Below are positions 46,921-58,543 of a stretch of DNA of 64,000 nucleotides, piece after piece. The notes below the pieces were generated by a model. That model was not told where the DNA came from, did not search any database, and saw nothing but the letters and a program-made list of their open reading frames with translations. Each line of letters opens with the position of its first letter. The first letter of the stretch is position 1. The position numbers and the translations under genes are program-made. Source of the DNA: Lingula anatina (Eukaryota > Animalia > Brachiopoda); assembly GCA_051362555.1 (NCBI GenBank), contig CM120642.1, forward strand, positions 23,622,001 to 23,686,000, given 5' to 3'.

Positions 46921-49254
46921 TTATATGTAATTGGTCTCCGTTGTCTTTTCTCTCTCAATGCCTCCCTTATTACACCGAAAACTTGATGGTCGACTGCTTC
47001 GCGAATCCTTTGACACAGTTTCTGGCGTCTCGTGCTTATTCATAAATATGGCAATTCGCTTTCTGAGAAGCCTCCAGACTCTTCTGGTGCAGACAAACGC
47101 AACGAAGATGAAGACACCTTGAAGTGTGTTCAAAATTATGAACACATACCAGAGTTCTCTAAGCTTCGTTGCCATGGCAATGAAGGCCATTACCCACGTT
47201 ATCCCGACAATGGTGGACAGCTTTGCGTACAGCAACAAGCAGCGCTTGTTCGTCGACTTTTCAACCATGCTGGCCATGCTTGCGGCTTTGGTAGCCCGAA
47301 GGATGTTCTGCACGGCCATGCTGAAAAACACCGCATTTGCAATCAGGAGCAATCCCACTGGGGCCACAAAGTAGATGATGAGCCCGAGCCTCTGAGTTAT
47401 CCAACATATATCATGGTCGCCGAACCTGGGTTGGAAGTCATCCGGCACAGGCAGGAAGTCCAAGGCGAACGCTGTCAGGACTATGGGGAGTGGCGCCGTC
47501 CACGCGTAGAAGACATAACGTGGATAACGCGCGTTTGACACGGCTTGGATGGTCGGCCGCGAAAAGGTGCGGTACACGTCAAAAGACATGACGTTCATCC
47601 AGAAGAACGCCACCAAAAAGGCGTAGTGCATCCCCACAGCCACCAGAGTGCAAAGAGCGTTCACACCACCAGCGGCCGGGCCCAAGAGGAACAGAAGCTG
47701 CGCCGTGAAGAGAGCTCCTGAAAGGTTCATCAGGAGTTTGCCTGGGACGTTCCGGAGAGTAGGCAGGGTGATATAGACAGCCAGAAGTGCGGCAAGACAA
47801 ACGAGGGACATGATGCTACCGATTTCAGAGAGTATTTGTTGAGGCTTGGAAAACGAGAACACCATTCTTTGGTCCATGTCGCTGAGGGCGGGGTACCGAA
47901 CGGAACGTTCCCAGCACAGCTCTACAGTGTTGTCTTCTAGAAGATTGAACCTGCCCCTTGGGATTACCTCATCCGTTTTGTTTAAATAGACAGAACCATC
48001 GGCCATAATCGTAAAATTTGTGTGGTTGTAGCAATTAGAAAGGTTGCGATATATTTCAGTCACTGACTCGTTTTTTAGTTTATCTGTCAAGTTCGAAATC
48101 TGAACCTCAGAAACTTGCATCACGAAACCGAAGGAGTCCACTGTATCTGCAGTTACCCCAGATTGATCTTTCTTTACACATTTGCCCTGTGTGTCCAAAT
48201 AGTGGCCGTCGGCGCATATCAGCTGTCTGCACGTCTCGGTGACCACGTCAAACACCTGTCCTGGAAGGCAGTTAGCGAAGTCGAACACTTTCTCTGTGCT
48301 CCCTTTCTTTACAAACCGCATAGCGTTAGGATCGAAGAGGATTGAGAAGGAATAGACGTTAGCGCCAAAAACTTTGGCTTCGGTGGTCGTGCTTGGTACG
48401 AGGGCAGGGATGGAAGTAATGTTTCCGTCTCCTTGCCCGTTACATCTGGCGCATGCCATGTCTTTGAAGACTTCCCCAGTTTCTCTACTGTATACTAAAG
48501 ACGCATATGGCGTGGTTTCGCATTGAGCGCGATACTCGGAGGCATGCTCGCAGCACTTTCCGATATATGGAACACAGTGTTTGGAGTTCATGGTGACATT
48601 TGGAGGACGACTGTACACAGGCCGGCATTTCTCAAGTGTTTCTGATAGCTTTTCTTCCGCTTTCACCGGACCCGCGTGCAGGGCTGTTATACTCAGTACC
48701 TGTCCGGAGGCGTGAGGGTCCTGACACGTGAACTGCACTGTCCAATAGACCACGTCCTTTTCACCGTGACAGATACTACAGTAGATGTTTCTGTATAGCA
48801 AACCGGTGCTGTTTCCAATAACCGGGATGTACTGCATCTGGTCCGTCTCCGGTCCTCCTCGGTAGGCTGGGACATGTTGGCATTGCGTTTTCGTTTGAAT
48901 AGAACTATTCCAACTGTGCGGGCAACTGTTGATGAAGTACCATGGGGTATTTTCCTCTTGGTTCTCAATCGCCATGCACTGGGCATGATCAGCGACTCGG
49001 GCCTTTAAGTTCGAAAATGTATGTGAATTATTCCTATTCAAAAAGTCTACACAACAATCGCCGTACAGGAAACAAATGTCACTGCAGGAGCAGTGTTCAA
49101 TGTTGCCATCGGTGCGGTTCGAACAGTGCCTGTAGCCAGTGAGGTTAGCATTGGAGCCGTTGGTATTCTGTGGAAGGATTGTAAAAGTTTGGCAACACAA
49201 CACAGCTGAAGCTAAGATAAGAAAACAGTAGATAGCTTCACCTTTCGCTGCCAT
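46921..49254 (-). CDS. Class B-like (adhesion/Methuselah-like) GPCR with N-terminal somatomedin-B and Cys-rich domains, single coding exon, 777 aa
   Basis: Signal peptide; CSCSDICFLYGDCCVDF (SMB); LYRNIYCSICHG and VFKDMACARCNG Cys repeats; seven hydrophobic helices with LRNVPGK, HYAFLVAFFWMNVMSFD, CWI, GITWV and NTLQGVFIF secretin-family motifs. Confidence 0.92.
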   Translation of the reverse strand: MAAKGEAIYCFLILASAVLCCQTFTILPQNTNGSNANLTGYRHCSNRTDGNIEHCSCSDICFLYGDCCVDFLNRNNSHTFSNLKARVADHAQCMAIENQEENTPWYFINSCPHSWNSSIQTKTQCQHVPAYRGGPETDQMQYIPVIGNSTGLLYRNIYCSICHGEKDVVYWTVQFTCQDPHASGQVLSITALHAGPVKAEEKLSETLEKCRPVYSRPPNVTMNSKHCVPYIGKCCEHASEYRAQCETTPYASLVYSRETGEVFKDMACARCNGQGDGNITSIPALVPSTTTEAKVFGANVYSFSILFDPNAMRFVKKGSTEKVFDFANCLPGQVFDVVTETCRQLICADGHYLDTQGKCVKKDQSGVTADTVDSFGFVMQVSEVQISNLTDKLKNESVTEIYRNLSNCYNHTNFTIMADGSVYLNKTDEVIPRGRFNLLEDNTVELCWERSVRYPALSDMDQRMVFSFSKPQQILSEIGSIMSLVCLAALLAVYITLPTLRNVPGKLLMNLSGALFTAQLLFLLGPAAGGVNALCTLVAVGMHYAFLVAFFWMNVMSFDVYRTFSRPTIQAVSNARYPRYVFYAWTAPLPIVLTAFALDFLPVPDDFQPRFGDHDICWITQRLGLIIYFVAPVGLLLIANAVFFSMAVQNILRATKAASMASMVEKSTNKRCLLLYAKLSTIVGITWVMAFIAMATKLRELWYVFIILNTLQGVFIFVAFVCTRRVWRLLRKRIAIFMNKHETPETVSKDSRSSRPSSFRCNKGGIEREKTTETNYI

Positions 49255-52070
49255 ATATATATAATTTTTTAGTTCTGTTATAATGAATCGATGTCGAGAA
49301 GTCCGCTTGATCTATGCAAATAAGTTATAAAGTGCACAGTTCCCGGAGAAAGCTGCTCCGTTGCTTTGATTAAATTTAAGTCATCACCTACTTTAAAAAT
49401 TATGCCCACTTTATCAAAGTTGAAAGCTAAGTTTCCGCCCTTGTGATATGGAACCGTAGAACGAAGGTTTGTCTTGAAAACGTATCCACTAACTGGTGGT
49501 AAATGTCGCCTGGCGCGTCTTTTAAGATACGACCTAAGTTACCTAAAGCCTTGGTATTAAGCGCGTTTGTAAAATAACTATCATTTCCTTAACTACATTC
49601 AAGACATCAGAAAATGAATATAGAAAGACTATTAGTTCCTTTTTCAGACTTAAGGGTGTGTCTTGTTATGATAGCTTGCCATGGCTTTAAATCTTTAGTG
49701 AAATCCCCTGCTTCTTGTGGAAAAAGATTATCCAAGAGCCTTGTGCAAAGGGTAGGAAAATAGTATTGGGAAATGTCTATACCTTCATTTAAGTACATGC
49801 TGTCATTTATAACGAAATTCCCTTTGATAGGAATTTAAGACCCAGGTAATCGTAATGCCTGACATCCGCAATCTTAATTGACACCGTGGTTTTAGATGGT
49901 AACCTCAATTCTGATAAATATGCCACGAAGCCATCAGTAACGGAATAACGGAATGACATTTTTCTACATTTATGAGCTGATTAAGTTAATGATTGGATAA
50001 AGTAACGAGGTAGTGGGGAACATGCAGCACGTAGAACATCTACTAGATACACCCACGTTGATTAGAGGCGGCATTGGTGGCAGTCGTATTGCTTTTTGCT
50101 TTCTTGTCTTAGATCACGTATTTCCTTCTTGTATTAATCGACATGTAACTCCACCCCCACGGATTGTTCACTTTAACACACCAGGAAACAGAAATCTACC
50201 CATCCTCTCTACGTGGGTTTTCTGAAGAATTTACTTGGACTACATCTTGGTCTAATGGTCTACCGACAGCAGATTTATAGTTGTTCGCAATGCGCAATTT
50301 CCCAATTTTGAAAATCCTCTTCTCATCATTTTTAGGGAGTGGGGTTTTTTTCAAGGTAATAGATCAAAATCAGTTGCTGTTCTTGGGTGGATGACAATGA
50401 TGGCAAACTCACGTAAATTTACTGGAAGAAAAGACAGAAAATATCAACAAATTTACAAGGGTTCATTTCATAAGTGATATTGATATTTCATTTTGTTGTT
50501 TAATCTCTGCATTTTTTTTTTTTTGTTGTTGTTGTTGTATTGTATCTGTTAAATCCCAGTGAATGAGCACAGGTTGATATTCCCTTACTAAGGTATACCC
50601 TATATCCAAAACCGTGAAAAACCATAATTTTCATTTCCACCGCCGCGGGTGAAATTCTGTAATCTAAACTCATAGTGTTTCCAAAACTTGAAACGTAGAG
50701 CACAAAAAGGATTAATGTTTGTAATTCTGTGAATGGTTTTCGAAAATTCGTACCTTGGTGATTTAAAGGAAATGTTGAAAACTTCAGGAATATCTATTTT
50801 TTCTTGGGGTTGGGAAATGGGTTATAAAGGTCTTACTCTGATTGTATGTCTTTTTAAAGCTTATTTCTTGTAAGATACTTCTTTCTCGCCGGAACTATTG
50901 ATGTCATTCGGCCACAAGGGTTGATGGACAATTTTTTTCAAGAGATAGATGACATCGCAGGTGACGTGTGCAAAAATGCATTTCCAGGAGGCATAATACG
51001 GAGGATTCCATTTCATTGATTGATTACGCCCTCCCATTAGCAATGCCAGAAGACTTAAACAAATGCAGTCCCTGATTAATTAGGGTTTAACAGAAACGAG
51101 AATTTATCCGCTGAAATCATTTATAGGTTATTTTTCTTAACTTCCTTGATATGATAATCTGTCTTTTCCATGAAAGTGGAAGGTAGAAGGTACCGGGTAC
51201 GTGTCATATTACAAGTAGCTGGAAAGTTTTCTTTCTGTATACTTTTGTGATTTTAAATATTCTACGAAAACGAACAATGACATTTTGCTATATGTTATGT
51301 TCTAGAATGAATTTGAATTATACGAAGATTCGTGTGACAGTTTTTAGCCTACTTTTTGGACTACCAAATACCATATGATGTCAAAAATGTTAAAAGAGCA
51401 TACTGTCTAAAACCCATCATTGGAGGGGGAACAAAAACTTGTAATTTGGCATCGGGATTTAAAGGAGGTATGCGAACTATAGGCGAAAAATATTAATTGT
51501 TTATGCAAGAAGGTAATGATTTTTAACGATCATCTGACCTCACCTTAACCTTATCCATTATTTATTCGAAAGATGCTTAAAAGCAAAGGCTGGGTTTTTA
51601 TTGTTCAGTTAAAACAAGTATCTCTTTATTTCAAACTTGAAATTAACGCATACGTTTTAGGAATTAGTAAGAATTATATCACTATCCCCCCTCTCAAAAG
51701 GTGAATGCGCTGGCATGTGTGCGTGCACACACGCACGTACGCACACACACACACACACACACACATACATTATAATTTCCTTCAAGTTGTAATACCTAAA
51801 TATTTTGGGACGCAGTACAATTCCGTTTTAATATCTTATTTTGAACAAAAATTACGTGTACATCGTGTGAATAAAAATACGACCCGAAAGTTTGAGTGTA
51901 GGATTTTAAAATTATCTTACATGGTTTTTGTTAGCTTTAGCGCAATATTATGTCCAACATGTTGAATTTTTGAGTCGGTCGCTTTCATAGAAAATGCTAA
52001 AATAAAATCATTGCCTAAAACTACTACAATGCCAAAATCGAAAAGTACAGTAAGTGCTGCAATGTGATGA

Positions 52071-52142
52071 CACCTGTCAATCACCTGCCACACAACGCGT
52101 GCACGTGACAGCTGATTGACAGGTGCCCTCGTCGTTCAGGTG
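52071..52142. promoter_or_regulatory. Candidate cis-regulatory module: two inverted TGATTGACAG (PBX-MEIS/PREP) sites and six E-boxes
   Basis: CACCTGTCAATCA (52071-52083) and TGATTGACAGGTG (52113-52125) form a perfect inverted pair. CANNTG at 52071, 52082, 52102, 52109, 52120 and 52137. Confidence 0.45.
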
Positions 52143-52500
52143 CACTTGAATGAATTTCGGGTAAACAGTAGGCGCAGGTAGCTAAAAACAATGAGATATT
52201 CCTCAACAAAATAAGGTTGATATGATCCGCTGCTAAAAAGCGGTGAATGGTCGATCTTGGACTGTCAGTGCACCAGAGGAATTTGAATTTGTCGACGAAA
52301 TTGATAGAATTTCTGAAGGAACATCTAGACAAACACACCGACAAAGCACAAAGGATCTTGACAAAAAGTTAGCTGCGATCTGTCCAAAACAGGAATCAAG
52401 AATCATTTCAAGGCGATCAAACAGACGAAAATATCTCTTCACGCCGCCTCTAAAAAAAATGTCAATTTGCAGTTATTAATATATAAACGACAGATACTTA

Positions 52501-52715
52501 GACCCCATTCCCAGAGATTAGATCGATCCAAACTAGATCGACCTAACTCCCTGGGGGTTCACGCTAAATAGCTGTTAGCCCAGCGGGCACGAAAGTTAAT
52601 TACCCCCTTACAGCTTGTAGTAGGCGGGACGGACATTTAAGCCAGATTATCTGACAGTAATCTAGTGAGACTCCCCACGGGGATAGGTCGATCTAAAATC
52701 CATGGGAATACGCCC
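52501..52715. mobile_element. Degenerate Harbinger-type MITE
   Basis: Imperfect TIR GACCCCATTCCCAGAGATTAGATCGA / TCGATCTAAAATCCATGGGAATACGCCC, flanked by TTA on both sides. Confidence 0.6.
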
Positions 52716-54277
52716 TTAGAGTATGTTAAGCGCAGAGTGTTCAGGGAAAGGATTTTACAATAAGATTGCACTTGATAAACAGACTGATGTTGTATTGGGT
52801 AAAGTAGGAGAAAAATGGAACTGCCATTTTCTAGACTTTATCGTGACTCGAGACTTCAAAATAAAAAAAAATTATAGGTTAACTGGAAAACAGACATTTA
52901 TTTCCTACAAACATCGGGACATAAGTAAATGTATCAGTTGCATGGAGCCATGACAATATATCGTCTACATGTACCACATCTGGGTCTCGCTCGCATAGGA
53001 AGTGAAGAGAAGGTGAAGAGAAAAAATTCACCGTACGCGAGTTAAAGACCGTACTTTGGATTGTTGGTCCGAAATGTCCTATAAACTGTATACAAGTGTC
53101 ATTGTTGGTGCATTTACAATTTTCAGAAAAGATCACAAAAAAATGAAGTTACAGTTTCACGAAGGAAATTAGTGAAAAAAAGGAGAAGGTCGGATGTCTA
53201 CATGTGTTGATGATTATATACAGATTAAAACGTAATAGATAAAATAGGGAAGTGTAGGCCTATACAAAAAATTGATTTTGGTGTTCAATATTTTTAAGTG
53301 ATCTGGTAAAATTTCATTTCCAAGAGTACACACTTATTACTAATACGTTATGAGATATATAATAGCTTTTCAGTAAGAATAATGAATGAGAATAACAGTT
53401 CAAACATTTTTTCAAAGGTAACACATGTACCAGGCACGTGACAGTAGTATTTGCAGTTGTTCTTGTGATTAAAATTTCACAATTCCTATGATTTTATTTC
53501 ATAATTTTGAAATTTGGAAAAACATCTTAGTAATATTTCTCTCGAAGGGATCTCGACAATGTACGACTCAACAAAATGACAATAAAGAAGAGCATAGTAG
53601 TATAAGGAATGATATTTTTACTATTATGATTATTGTAACAAGATAGAATAAGCTGAAACGTTCTTTTCTTAAGTCACTTGAATACATCACAACAAAACTG
53701 ACAATAATTACTTTTGTGTCCCTTCTGAAAATAAATTTAAATGAATATTCCTTTTGCTTGACAGTTTTTGGTGCAATTTGGGCGATTTCGACAACTTGGT
53801 TATTGCAAGACATCTATCTATCGCTACTTAAAAATAATACTTAAATACTAAAATGGATCCTTCATCATTTGCGATCAAAAATTAGATCTCTCCCTCCCTT
53901 CCTTCTTGACATCTGTTTGCATAATTCCGAGAGATAGAGGTGCAGGCGACATTTATACAGTGGGCTCAAAGTTGTTTTATTTAATGTTCACCAGGCAGCA
54001 TCTCTTGCTGTCAAAATATTCGCGTCACCTAGCGGTGGACCAAGAAGTGGCTGTCATGCTTGACCCCTTGAGGTCAGCTAGGGTCACTGCAGGTGTGTTG
54101 TGGACAGCTGTGCAAACAAAGGACATCAATGTTCGCCCAGAAAGCTTTTTTCGCGTATGAAATAAATTTGACCAATATGATTGATGTGGATGACGAAGAC
54201 AAATGAAAAAAAAATATGTAGAGAATATATCGCGGCGTTTTTTTTTATGATTTTTCTTACAGCGAGACATTTATCCA

Positions 54278-54447
54278 CCCTCTACCAGGCCCGCAAATAT
54301 TCCTATGTGGAAATTTTGGCTGAGGCACAGTACAGAGAATGACCGTTAATTTAACCAGTAGGCTACAATTTAACCAGTACAGAGAATAACCCTTAATTAA
54401 TTCTGTGAAAATCTGGTGAAAATTTAATCTGTGGCCCTGGTAGAGGG
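54278..54447. mobile_element. Short MITE
   Basis: TIR CCCTCTACCAGGCCCGCAAAT / ATCTGTGGCCCTGGTAGAGGG; internal aatttaaccagta and cagtacagagaat direct repeats; TSD unclear (CA/TA). Confidence 0.6.
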
Positions 54448-55870
54448 TAGCGTGCATAAACTTTGCAATATTATTTGACCTGAAAGAATTTAAATAATAC
54501 AATGTGTGATATAGGACCAATTTTGAATTTCAATGAAAACTGAGCACTATGAGCCTTAGTTTAATAAAGATGTCTTTATTCGTTTATTATTCATTTTTTA
54601 CTATTTCTAATATTAAGACTTATCAAATTAAAACCCATATACAAATGTGCAGTGAATAGCCCACCGACCAAATACGATATGTTTTTTTATATCAAAAATC
54701 GCTGCGTTCATTTATTCATCAATCTTACAGATATTACACCTTGTCACTCTCAACAAAGAACGGGTGACAGATCTTCGTCAAGGTACTTTGTCATATAAAT
54801 AACGATGTAATCACAGATGCAGTTGTGGTAACCCACACGCATTTATTCGGCTCCTAATATGAAAGAGTAAATTTTAATCTTAAAGAGTGCACACATTTTC
54901 AAGATACACAGTGCATGTCGTTTAATTCGCCGATATGTTAGCCGGTTAAAGAAATAAAACGCAGAGCCTACTATTTGAAAAAACTATAGTAGTATAGTTA
55001 TATGTATATACGGGGTAGGATTATTTTAATACCGTAGGAAACAAACTAAATCTACATGTACATGTAGGTACTCGTGAAAGCTGCGCGACAATTTCAAGAT
55101 AATTATATAGGTCACCTGGCCAGCTAACAATAAATGCTTAATGCTCTGTGAATAAAACCAGTCCGGACAAGTCGGTGAACATGCAGGTTAAGTGGCGTTC
55201 AAAGCTGGCCTCTACTGGATATACACATGTATTGATATGTTCCACAGCTATATTCAAACAAAGAGACCATGCTATAGATACTGACAGCGTAAAGGTGTAT
55301 TGATTTGGCTATATGCCTGCATTAATGCACGACAGTTAAGGTGAACGTGGGTACATTTCGACTTCACAGGTGCTCAGGGATTAAAGAAGTTCCGTTTCGC
55401 AAACACAGTAAGATAAGATTGCGTTACCTCTCACTCCTTCGCGTAGTATTTACACGTGTTCCTGACCAAGAGGTCACGGCACACTTTTTAGAAAAAGCAT
55501 CGACAAGGGACAAAAGAAAAGTAAACCTTTCTTCACAATCAATAGCGAACAACCTTTTGAAATCGTGCATATAAACTAATATAAACACTGGGCTTGTAAC
55601 CGCCAAAGCTGTTAGTCACACGTCACAGTCTAATAATAGACCAACGACAAAAGTTTCATTTCAGAGTTTAGATCTTTCAAAATGCTTACTGAACGTTGTA
55701 GACGGTTCAAAGAGAACAAGGCAAGAGACGAGAACTGAAGACATGTATGAGACTTGACTGTAGTACTCTTAATTGTACTAATATCAACACATACAAGCAG
55801 CAACCCTGTGTTTTAAGATATACAACGTCGTTTTTAGTGCTTATGTAGGACGCTTCCTCGGATATCACAA

Positions 55871-57001
55871 ATGTATCGCAACAAAATTCCCGGGCATATA
55901 TACATGTATGTCCTAGCAGGACTCTGGCTTGTCTATGGGACAGCTACAGCCGACCACGTCGTCCCTCCCTTAATGGCGTTTGTCTGTGGTACGGGCAACG
56001 TGACACTGTCATGCGAGCAGCCAAAAGACCATGTAGTGTCTCTGGAGTCCGCCGGGTATGGACAGGATAATTCTTATCCGTGTGAAACATGTAATGGGCT
56101 GAATACATCAGCGCCCTCTGGCCCATGTTCACAACACTGCATGAACCACACGGACCTGACGGAGAGTGCGGTGTGGATGACCTGTTTACAAAAACCAGTC
56201 TGTGTGCTCAGCTTCAAGGACATATTTTCTACCACCACCTTAAATCCTTGTGGGTCTCTAGGGGGGCAGAATTACCTGAAAGTGGTCTATTCGTGCATCA
56301 AACCTGAACCTCCAGGTGAGTTTTTCATACTCATGATGCGTTGTTAACATGTACTTCCATGGTTGTTATAATGTTTTTCTCAACGGTTCACGAACTTGTG
56401 GTTAACCCTTAAATGGCTAGACTGTATCACTCACAATCATCCTTTTTTATATGGCAGATAAAATACATTCATAATAATTGATAAAAGCTAACTAACGTTT
56501 TGTATGATTTGTCCTACATTTAGTTTTTTCAAAATGCAAGTCAAATATATTATGTTTTTATAGATTTTGATATATATTTTACATATGCATTTATGCACTT
56601 TTGTCAATGAGGACGTAGTAAATAAGGTATTTCAATCAATATATAATACTTGTGCGTGACTGATCTGACAGATATAATTATTATCGCAAAAATTTGCTCT
56701 TTTCATCATTAAAGCTGCCATCGTCTCCAGTGCCGCCTTGGCTGTGACCATCGGTCCCATTGTGGCAATTGCAGTTGCGGGTATCGCTATCGTCCTTGTT
56801 GCTATTCTCTTCTACCACAAACGACGGAAGGCTGCGGGAAAACCTCGCCAGGAAAGAGGCCCAGCATCAGTCGCTCTAAATCCTTCCCCAACCGCTGATG
56901 GGTCGCCAGAAAGAGTCACCTCACCTGAGGAGCCACTGAAGCCTTATGACCCCGAAAACATTCCGTACGTTGATGACAGTGATGGTCAAATAGATGCCTG
57001 A
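55871..57001 (+). CDS. Single-pass membrane protein with a SUEL-type (rhamnose/galactose-binding) lectin-like domain, 2 coding exons, 243 aa
   Basis: Exons 55871-56315 and 56715-57001 (phase 1, GT-AG). Signal peptide; C..VTLSC...LESAGYG...C...C...NPC....NYLKVVYSC SUEL pattern; TM IGPIVAIAVAGIAIVLVAILFY followed by HKRRK; short tail with ENIPYVD. Confidence 0.85.
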
Positions 57002-57715
57002 CTTCCATGGCCTGGATAGTTGTATTCTATTGTGTGAGGGTTTGGTGATGGTGGTCGCCTAATGACGGGAGTTGGAACTATTACCGGTCTTAAATAGCGC
57101 TTGTCTGAATGCATCTTTTGAAAGGATGCATCACGAACGTATGATTTTGAATGAAAAAATGTTCAGAGGTTGACTGATGAATGGTATACAAAGTGTCGAC
57201 TTAGTGCAGCATTACAGAATCAAGAGAATAGGTGTCAAGTGATAGCGCGCTGGAAGGGGCACGTACAAGATGACATAAAATACGTTTTTTTTTATTCCGA
57301 GAACAAATGATTTGGATCTGTGTTACAGTAGCGTTCCAGCTGTACCCATATGCAAGTGACGTGCTGTCTTTATGTTTGACAAAATAATATATTTACCCTC
57401 TTATGGATATAAATCACTATGTAGGATCATATCTTAGAGAGCCCCTTTTATTGTTTTAATTAGATTTGTATTTGGGATACAGTAAAAGCCGTCTTTTACA
57501 GGATATTTTCATGGTGATAATTTAAAACGCACTTTAAATTTGAGAAAATGAAAAGGAGTAAACGGTACATTGTAAGGAATAAACCTGTAATAAAAACGCT
57601 TATAAATATTTGTCGATTTTCTGCATTTTGTTTTTAAGAGAGGAATTTTTTAAAAATATTTTTCAATGTATACACATTGTGACAGAATGGATAATATGCA
57701 TTGTTATATACCCCT

Positions 57716-57750
<35 letters not shown>

Positions 57751-58543
57751 ATGGTAAGATTTAATTACGTAAGAAATGAAGACAGCATGGACCATTTACA
57801 ACGACTCGGGAAATTAGTATTTACAATTTTTTCCCTCAGTAAAATATTCAGACTATTTGTATAAAGTTTATACCAGTGAGCACGTTTAAAGTGTATACCC
57901 TTTTTCTATAATAAATTTGTATAGTATTTTTAAGATGAAAAACATATAGTAAAAAAAAACATTTAATTGAAGTTTACGACACAAGTGAGCTGTATATTTT
58001 GACGCAACTCTTTTATTGTCAATAAAGATCGTACGACAATCATCATCGTTGCATTGTTTTTTTAGAAAAAATAAAGTAATAGAGGACAAAAAGTATTATA
58101 TGCATGGAAATTACACACATGTTCATTCTTGATTATAATACAGTAATACTAGTTGTAAAAGAAAGAAAATCGTCCGCCTACAACTCTGTAAACTAAAATG
58201 TAAAATACTTTCAGCTTTTACATACAAAGCACCAACTAGGTATCACAATGGCTGGTTTACAAAATACTGTACATAATTATTAGTAATTTGGCCTACGCTA
58301 TAACGTGTGGCACGAAAGACAATAGCATGATATCACAAATTGGACGGAGAAATTACCCTTTAATTACAGATAAGAACATCTAAAAAAGATGAGCATTCAA
58401 CTGCATAGTGTCTGTTTTTAATATGAGCAGATTGTACAGTCCTTCAAAACTGGTGTTAAAATTAAAACACTTCAAATCTCTAGAATTGTAATATGTTAAA
58501 AACATCGGCTCAGCAAGATGCTCAAACCGAAAGCATCAATACT

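Noticed and set aside
46921-46940. GPCR C-terminus TETNYI as ligand for the neighbouring PDZ protein
   Set aside because: Position -2 is Asn, not a canonical class I/II motif, and adjacency alone is not evidence.
47032-47538. Plus-strand ORFs antisense to the GPCR (also antisense ORFs at 36177-36740 and 62755-63181)
   Set aside because: Shadow frames of real coding exons with no recognisable motifs.
52243-52479. 78-aa plus-strand ORF after the E-box module
   Set aside because: GTG start, no domain and no convincing splice context; more likely UTR or intergenic.
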